IMG/VR virus record: IMGVR_UViG_3300032321_001739
From: an uncultured virus (IMG/VR IMGVR_UViG_3300032321_001739)
Lineage: Duplodnaviria > Heunggongvirae > Uroviricota > Caudoviricetes
DNA length: 64,000 bases
Strand: one strand, 5' to 3'
The notes beneath the pieces are model-generated. The model did no database searches and was not told where the DNA came from. It worked only from the letters and a program-made list of their open reading frames with translations. The first letter of the stretch is position 1, and each line of letters begins with the position of its first letter. The translations under genes were made by a program, and so were the position numbers. Positions 58,634 to 64,000 of this stretch are shown here, in pieces.

Positions 58634-58867
58634 ATGAAAATTTTGAAACTACCTTTTTTACTTCTTTTGACATTGGTGATTAGTGTTATAATTTACCGGT
58701 CTTTAAATATAAAAGAATGTAAAACAGTTGTTATCTTAAATGATGGTGAAGTAATAAATTGTAAATTTGTAAATTCTTATGCATCTGGATTTTCAAATAT
58801 TCGTAAATGTGATAACACAGATTTTCAAATCGAAACAAATAATATAAAACAAGTTATTAATAAATAA
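58634..58867 (+). CDS. Small membrane-anchored protein
   Basis: N-terminal TM; TATATTTG at 58622-58629. Confidence 0.55.
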   Translation: MKILKLPFLLLLTLVISVIIYRSLNIKECKTVVILNDGEVINCKFVNSYASGFSNIRKCDNTDFQIETNNIKQVINK

Positions 58868-58868
58868 G

Positions 58869-59174
58869 ATGAAAAATTTTAAAACCTTCTCACCTAAAGT
58901 TGACCAGAAAAGAAGATTGGTTTTAACTCGTTTTTACACCGGAGTTAAAGAATCAAACTCTTTTTGTTATCAAATCACCAAAATCACTAAGACAGGGTCC
59001 TTAGACAAAAAGTTTAAACCACTTTACGCATTTGGAACCGATGATTTTAACTCAGTAAAATCTTTTAGTCATAGTGGTAATGGTCAAGAGGTAAAAGTCT
59101 TTAAGAAGCCTTTTAAATCAGTATTTGGAGTTGATAAAAAGAACGATCCAGTTAGTGTTTGGCGTAAGATTTAA
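58869..59174 (+). CDS. Basic hypothetical protein
   Basis: 101-aa ORF. Confidence 0.5.
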   Translation: MKNFKTFSPKVDQKRRLVLTRFYTGVKESNSFCYQITKITKTGSLDKKFKPLYAFGTDDFNSVKSFSHSGNGQEVKVFKKPFKSVFGVDKKNDPVSVWRKI

Positions 59175-59239
59175 CTATAAAAAACCCAGAAATATTTTCT
59201 ATTTAATAATGGGTTAATATATAAAAGAAAAATAAACTT

Positions 59240-59410
59240 ATGAAACTAACTAAAGAACAATTGCTTGGTATCGTAAGACACACACTTACTTTCGTTGGAG
59301 GTATTATCGTGATGAAAGGTCTTGTTGACGAATCAACTATGGCTGAAATCACAGGTGGAGTTCTTACTTTAGCTGGAGCTATTTGGTCTATTATCGCTAA
59401 GAAAGCGTAA
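59240..59410 (+). CDS. 56-aa two-TM putative holin (not in ORF track)
   Basis: MKLTKEQLLGIVRHTLTFVGGIIVMKGLVDESTMAEITGGVLTLAGAIWSIIAKKA*; TAATATATA upstream and a terminator downstream. Confidence 0.65.
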   Translation: MKLTKEQLLGIVRHTLTFVGGIIVMKGLVDESTMAEITGGVLTLAGAIWSIIAKKA

Positions 59411-59427
59411 ATAGAATAAGAAATTTC

Positions 59428-59456
59428 AAAACCCACTTCAAAAAAGTGGGTTTTTT
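59428..59456 (+). terminator. Intrinsic terminator
   Basis: AAAACCCACTT-caaaa-AAGTGGGTTTTTT. Confidence 0.8.
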
Positions 59457-59504
59457 GTTTGCCAAATAATTTTTTTTCATTATATTTGTAGAAATAAATC
59501 CACT

Positions 59505-59783
59505 ATGAGAACATTTGAATCTAGTCGTTTAACAGAAGGAAATAAATTATTTCCTACACAGATTATACTAACTGATAAAGGTATCGTGGTTAGAAAACCA
59601 GGTATTTTGAGGTCTGAAGAAAAAGTTATTCCTTATCCTCAAATTACTTTTGTTAATATTAACACACCTCTTATCGGTTTTTCTCAAATTGTTATTGGGA
59701 CCGAAAATCAACCAGTTACAATTAGTGGGTTTACAAGAGCTGAAGTAAAGCAACTTCAAAGTTTAATTTTAGAAATGATTTAA
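59505..59783 (+). CDS. Bacterial PH-domain-like protein
   Basis: I.LTDK.I..RKPG.....E..IPY.QIT.V pattern; TATATTTGTA at 59481. Confidence 0.65.
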   Translation: MRTFESSRLTEGNKLFPTQIILTDKGIVVRKPGILRSEEKVIPYPQITFVNINTPLIGFSQIVIGTENQPVTISGFTRAEVKQLQSLILEMI

Positions 59784-59990
59784 AAAAATATATTATGAGC
59801 TCAGAAATTATTGTCGCAATTTTAACACCTATTATGATAATTGGATTCTTTTTAGTTTCAATTCTAAAAGATAAGAAAAATTGAAGTATACATTTAAAAA
59901 AAATTTTTATTAACAAATAATGAAAAGACTTTTATTAAAATTACAACTTTGGTGGAGTTTGAAATTCCAAAATAAAAAAAGAAAGTCTAT

Positions 59991-60299
59991 ATGGGATCTT
60001 TAATTAATGAAAATTACAATCCTCTATTAGAAACAGTAATAGATATCTTTAAATCTAAATGTAGACCTGGATACACTCCATTATATTTACCTGGTAAAAC
60101 TTTTGTTGAACACTTTAGTTTACAAGATGGAGATATTGATCACTTCTTTAATTTAATGTGTTATGAGTTAAAAGTCCTTTCAATAAATCCAGGGTCTGAT
60201 GAAATGTCATATCACTGGGAACAAAATGACTTTGGATTGTTAGAACCCTATCTAACACAATTAAAAAGAGATAATAATCTAACCGATTTAGGAATATGA
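59991..60299 (+). CDS. Hypothetical protein with C-terminal tag
   Basis: Ends KRDNNLTDLGI. Confidence 0.65.
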   Translation: MGSLINENYNPLLETVIDIFKSKCRPGYTPLYLPGKTFVEHFSLQDGDIDHFFNLMCYELKVLSINPGSDEMSYHWEQNDFGLLEPYLTQLKRDNNLTDLGI

Positions 60300-60517
60300 A
60301 TGTAGGAGATATTGTTAGACTTAAAAGTAATCATCATCTTACTGAATTCATTAAAGGTGATTGCTTTATAACACAAGTAGTAAAGTATAATAATAAACAT
60401 AGAAAAACTCGTTATCATATTAAAAATAACGAAGATTGCATGACTTGGGTTCACTTAGAAGAATTGGATTTAGTTAGTGATTTAAGAAATCAAAGATTAG
60501 AAAAATTAGGAATATGA
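60296..60517 (+). CDS. KOW/SH3-like small protein with C-terminal tag
   Basis: MNVGDIVRLK; ends LRNQRLEKLGI. Confidence 0.65.
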   Translation: MNVGDIVRLKSNHHLTEFIKGDCFITQVVKYNNKHRKTRYHIKNNEDCMTWVHLEELDLVSDLRNQRLEKLGI

Positions 60518-60545
60518 ATGTAGAAGAATTAAAAACAGCCAGAAA

Positions 60546-60555
60546 TATATTTGTA
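60546..60555 (+). promoter_or_regulatory. Bacteroidota housekeeping-sigma -7 element TAnnTTTG (representative; about 13 copies)
   Basis: TATATTTG(T/C) at 15987(-), 18137(-), 19796(-), 25033(-), ~43807(-), 46919(-), 51452, 53322, 54849, 58622, 59481, 60546; TATCTTTG at 52165. Confidence 0.75.
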
Positions 60556-60557
60556 AT

Positions 60558-61160
60558 ATGAAAATACACAAATTAGAAGATGGTGATATCATTAAGATAT
60601 TACCAATGATTGATAAGAATAATAAGATCTCTTGGATAAAACAGTATGATTGTGTTGGTCTTAATACTAAGACATTCATCAGTGATACTAAAGGATATTT
60701 GAGAAGAATATCACTTATGCAATCCAAATCAAGTATTAACTTACCGATCACAACAAGATATGCTATGAATATTTATATTGATGGTGAGATTCGTGTTTTA
60801 AATGTTGGTAGAAAGCTATTTCAAATAATCACAGATAATCCAAAGCTATGGGATATAAAAGGTAATCATCAAATCTTTATATCTATGAAGGAAGTTAGTG
60901 CTGGTGGTGGTCAAGTTTTCCCATCATTTGATAAGTCTTATGTTTCTGAAAAAAGTTGGACACCACCAGTTAGTGATATTAATTCTGAAGTAGAGTGGTT
61001 ATCTTATATCAAATCAAATCAACCAGACTTTGATAATCATCTCGAGAAGAGTAACATATTTAATCATAAACAATTACTTATTAATCATTTAGGAAAAGAT
61101 ATGTTAGGTGAGTTGATAGCAGATGATAGACAGAAAAAATTAGAAGGATTAGGAGTATGA
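60558..61160 (+). CDS. Degenerate gp32-like ssDNA-binding fold with C-terminal tag
   Basis: IKILP, TRYAMNI, GEIRVLNVGRKLFQII and FPSFDKS parallel gp32 motifs; ends DRQKKLEGLGV. Confidence 0.55.
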   Translation: MKIHKLEDGDIIKILPMIDKNNKISWIKQYDCVGLNTKTFISDTKGYLRRISLMQSKSSINLPITTRYAMNIYIDGEIRVLNVGRKLFQIITDNPKLWDIKGNHQIFISMKEVSAGGGQVFPSFDKSYVSEKSWTPPVSDINSEVEWLSYIKSNQPDFDNHLEKSNIFNHKQLLINHLGKDMLGELIADDRQKKLEGLGV

Positions 61161-61321
61161 AAGAAGATTGGATAGAGTTATATAACGGAGACTGGATGGA
61201 ACAAATGGCTAAAAAAACTTATGATGAAGCGTGGATAGATACCTTAAAAGACTTTAGGAAGATAATAAGAAAAGATAAAATAATGACAATATATGATTTA
61301 CATTTACAAACCAAGAAGTGA
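61157..61321 (+). CDS. 54-aa peptide with near-terminal tag (not in ORF track)
   Basis: MKEDWIELYNGDWMEQMAKKTYDEAWIDTLKDFRKIIRKDKIMTIYDLHLQTKK*; ATGA-coupled. Confidence 0.55.
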   Translation: MKEDWIELYNGDWMEQMAKKTYDEAWIDTLKDFRKIIRKDKIMTIYDLHLQTKK

Positions 61322-61514
61322 TTGGCATAAAAGATCTGATTTAACTGAAGGAAAGACTTATGAGTGTGAGTGGAATGGTGAAATGGTTTATTCATCTACC
61401 GGTGTTTATTTTAGATTGATTGGTGATTTCGGACATGAAATTGAAGTGCATGAAAGTCAATTTGTTCAATTAGATAAGGTTAGACAACAAAAACTAAATG
61501 AAATAGGTATATGA
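61293..61514 (+). CDS. SH3-like small protein with C-terminal tag
   Basis: LTEGKTYE...IGDFG...SQF; ends RQQKLNEIGI. Confidence 0.65.
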   Translation: MIYIYKPRSDWHKRSDLTEGKTYECEWNGEMVYSSTGVYFRLIGDFGHEIEVHESQFVQLDKVRQQKLNEIGI

Positions 61515-61720
61515 TTGTTAAATTAAATTCAGATAACAGAATTGGTAAATTCTATGCTTTATCTTTAAATAAAGAATATGTAGCTGAAGTGATAAATAGA
61601 AAAATGGGCGATTGGTATAAAATCAAATGTGATGATGGTCATATTAGAGAGTTTTCAGAACACCACTTTATTTCAATTGAGAAAATGCGTGATAAGAAGT
61701 TAAATGAATTAGGAATATGA
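61511..61720 (+). CDS. SH3-like small protein with C-terminal tag
   Basis: LSLNKEY...YKIKCDDG...HHF; ends RDKKLNELGI. Confidence 0.65.
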   Translation: MIVKLNSDNRIGKFYALSLNKEYVAEVINRKMGDWYKIKCDDGHIREFSEHHFISIEKMRDKKLNELGI

Positions 61721-61920
61721 TAGTTAGATGTAAATTAGACAATGATTCAGTTGGTAAATTAAAAGGTTTAACAATTGATAAGTCTTATATGGTAACTGGA
61801 ATTGATAATATTGGATATAGAATTATTGACGATGTGTTGAACAACTATTGGTATACAAAAGAATTATTTTATCCAATTGAAGATGAAAGAGAAACGAAAT
61901 TAAATGAATTGGGAATATGA
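61717..61920 (+). CDS. SH3-like small protein with C-terminal tag
   Basis: LTIDKSY...YRIIDD...ELF; ends RETKLNELGI. Confidence 0.65.
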   Translation: MIVRCKLDNDSVGKLKGLTIDKSYMVTGIDNIGYRIIDDVLNNYWYTKELFYPIEDERETKLNELGI

Positions 61921-62378
61921 AAGAATTATATAAACAACTTACTGATACAATTCAGGCTCTTCCAGGTATTGAAGTTAGCGGTAGTAATTTATCAAATTCA
62001 TTTGATAAGATTAAATCTAATTGGGGTGGTCATTGTATTTTCTTTTACTCTGATGAAAAAGATGCTGAAGGACTTTTCTTTCTTACACGTTCTATAGATA
62101 CTAGGTATTGGGAGTTTGGACATTTATGGAGAATTGAAATAACTTGTGGTGACCAAATACATCCAAATGGTGACAGACCAATTACTTATAATATTTACAG
62201 ACCTTTCATTGGAGAAGAAACTGAAGAAGAAATTGATAAAGAGATAAACTTACTCATTGAAAATATGCACTATCATTTCCACCACGATAATTTTATGTCT
62301 GGCTTTAATATGGATAGAACTAAGTATGACCTGAAAGAGTGGAAAAGAGAAATGAAGTTAAATGATTTAGGGTTATGA
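61917..62378 (+). CDS. Hypothetical protein with C-terminal tag
   Basis: Ends REMKLNDLGL. Confidence 0.65.
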   Translation: MKELYKQLTDTIQALPGIEVSGSNLSNSFDKIKSNWGGHCIFFYSDEKDAEGLFFLTRSIDTRYWEFGHLWRIEITCGDQIHPNGDRPITYNIYRPFIGEETEEEIDKEINLLIENMHYHFHHDNFMSGFNMDRTKYDLKEWKREMKLNDLGL

Positions 62379-62707
62379 AAATAATTTGTGATGATACTAC
62401 CTCTAAAGAGATAGTAGATATATTCTTTCACTTTGATGAAAATAGAGAAAGGTATATCAGAATTGATTGGATTCATCTAACCAAAGGAACTTCTTCTAGA
62501 AGAGAAAAACCGGGTGATCCTCTGAAGCAAGTGATTGTTGATTGTATTCAAGTAAGAGGTAAATCACATTTAGGTTATGATGGAGACTCTACAAATGGCA
62601 CTCGTTATGTATATGAAGGTGATGCACTTTTCAAAGAGTTAAATAATTGGATGATTAATCATCAAACAATTAAAAGAGATATTAAGTTAAAAGAATTGGG
62701 ACTATGA
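62375..62707 (+). CDS. Hypothetical protein with C-terminal tag
   Basis: Ends RDIKLKELGL. Confidence 0.65.
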   Translation: MKIICDDTTSKEIVDIFFHFDENRERYIRIDWIHLTKGTSSRREKPGDPLKQVIVDCIQVRGKSHLGYDGDSTNGTRYVYEGDALFKELNNWMINHQTIKRDIKLKELGL

Positions 62708-62997
62708 AATTGAAATATAAAAGAGGAGATTCCTGTCATATAAAAAAGGCTAGTAAGTTTGTAGAAGGTTCAATAGTCAAGTTGGATATGCCATATCATG
62801 GAAGTTCATGCTATAAAGAAGGAGATATCAGATACTTTGTTACTGAAAAGAAAACTATAACAATAAGCGCAAAAGAACTCTTATTAGGTAAGTATGATAA
62901 AAATGATATAACACAAACTTATTCAGAGAGCGATCTTATATCGTGGGAAAGAGAATGGAAAATAAATCAATTATATGAGAAAGATACACTTATCTAA
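62704..62997 (+). CDS. KOW-like protein with near-terminal tag
   Basis: KYKRGD; REWKINQL. Confidence 0.6.
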   Translation: MKLKYKRGDSCHIKKASKFVEGSIVKLDMPYHGSSCYKEGDIRYFVTEKKTITISAKELLLGKYDKNDITQTYSESDLISWEREWKINQLYEKDTLI

Positions 62998-63217
62998 GTT
63001 TCCAGAAAGACCACATGTGCTTAAAGCCAGTTTAATGTTTGTTGAAGATAATAAGATATGTGATGGATGTGATGAAAGATCAAAATGTGCTTCTATACGA
63101 ACATTGGGTGATGGAGTTTCAATACTTTGTCAAGATTGCATTGAAGGTATTTTAGAGAGTTTAGATCCATCAGCAGTAAGAGATATTAAATTAAATAAAT
63201 TATTAAATGAATTATAA
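62975..63217 (+). CDS. C4 zinc-finger protein with C-terminal tag
   Basis: CDGC...LCQDC; ends VRDIKLNKLLNEL. Confidence 0.65.
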   Translation: MRKIHLSKFPERPHVLKASLMFVEDNKICDGCDERSKCASIRTLGDGVSILCQDCIEGILESLDPSAVRDIKLNKLLNEL

Positions 63218-63557
63218 AGAAATTGTTAGTAAGACAAAAGACAAATTTCAATCAATGTCTTTTATACCCGGAGATACGTTCTCTGAAATGTTATCTTTTT
63301 GGATTGTTGTTATTTCTAATCAGAATGGAATGATTAAAACACTAGAAGGAAATTCCGGTGGGCTAAAATTGGTTACTTACCAATCACCAGAAGAATTTAA
63401 ATCTAAGTGTCAATATAAACACAGTGATGGGTATTGGATTGAATTTATGTCAAACAACACACAAAAGAAATCCGACTTTATTGAATACTATTTTGAACAA
63501 GAGAAAATGAAAGTTGATGAAATTAGAGATTTTAAGTTAAATGACTTAGGAATATAA
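63207..63557 (+). CDS. Hypothetical protein with C-terminal tag
   Basis: Ends IRDFKLNDLGI. Confidence 0.65.
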   Translation: MNYKEIVSKTKDKFQSMSFIPGDTFSEMLSFWIVVISNQNGMIKTLEGNSGGLKLVTYQSPEEFKSKCQYKHSDGYWIEFMSNNTQKKSDFIEYYFEQEKMKVDEIRDFKLNDLGI

Positions 63558-63574
63558 TTTTAAATATATAACTT

Positions 63575-64000
63575 ATGTTAACAACTATTTTTATTATATT
63601 AAACATCGTTCTTTTAGAAATCGTTCTAAGTATCGATAACGCCGCAGTTCTATCAACAATGGTAGGACAACTTCCGAAATATGAACAGAAAAAAGCCTTA
63701 ACCTGGGGAATCCTCGGAGCTTATCTTTTTAGAGGAGTAGCTCTTCTTTTTGCTACTGTTTTAATCAAACTGATTTGGTTAAAAGTAGTAGGTGGTCTTT
63801 ACTTAGTTTATTTAGGAATAAAATCACTTAGTTATCAATCCGATACTAAAGAAAAACATCCTGTTAAATTACCTTTCTTAAATACATTTTGGTCAACCGT
63901 TGTTATGGTTGAGTTTATGGATATCATCTTTAGTATTGATAATATCTTTTCAGCAGTTGCTTTCACAAGCAACTTCTGGGTAATATGCTTTGGTGTGTTT
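63575..64000 (+). CDS. terC: TerC-family integral membrane protein, 3'-truncated (not in ORF track)
   Basis: LEIVLSIDNAAVL...QKKALTWGILGAYLFR...GGLYLVYLG...VEFMDIIFSIDNIFSA. Confidence 0.85.
   Translation, partial: MLTTIFIILNIVLLEIVLSIDNAAVLSTMVGQLPKYEQKKALTWGILGAYLFRGVALLFATVLIKLIWLKVVGGLYLVYLGIKSLSYQSDTKEKHPVKLPFLNTFWSTVVMVEFMDIIFSIDNIFSAVAFTSNFWVICFGVF

Noticed and set aside
59203..59436. Track ORF on the minus strand
   Set aside because: It is antisense to the holin-like ORF 59240..59410, which has its own promoter and terminator.
59991..60299. Acyl-carrier-protein mimic
   Set aside because: The resemblance is faint and the DSL phosphopantetheine motif is missing.
59991..63557. CRISPR array or integron attC sites in the repeated junction words
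   Set aside because: The repeats are degenerate, in-frame coding and irregularly spaced by whole genes; there are no palindromic attC cores, cas genes or integrase in the window.

Overview
This window is part of a very AT-rich, T4-like (myovirus) jumbo phage genome that reads in the standard code. The host is probably a Bacteroidota, judging from repeated TAnnTTTG (-7) promoters and Bacteroidota-type DUF481/DUF1573 proteins. Positions 1-8.3 kb hold baseplate/tail genes (gp5-like, gp53-like, an M15 peptidase-bearing protein). The rest is accessory: auxiliary metabolic and proteostasis genes (def, purN, purA, rpiB, speD, clpP, SlyD-like, AsnRS-like, ABC exporter, TerC), several peptidoglycan hydrolases and about 80 small ORFs. 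Two peptide tags organise the accessory proteome, and I saw no protein carrying both. (1) About 20 proteins start with MKH/Y-L/I-K-x-F/Y-x-x-F-E, resemble the T4 capsid-targeting sequence and mostly follow a TAATATATA late-type promoter. (2) About 31 otherwise unrelated small proteins end in R-x-x-K-[LI]-x-x-[LI]-(G-I). Several of these C-tagged proteins, including three short ORFs missing from the ORF track, look like fragments of core phage proteins (major capsid, portal, gp32 SSB, family-B polymerase motif A) or of a ClpC UVR domain. This suggests a modular bait-plus-docking-helix (decoy/adaptor) system, possibly coupled to Clp proteolysis. There is also a candidate ~290-nt structured ncRNA next to speD. 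All family calls are by-eye motif recognition; no searches were run.
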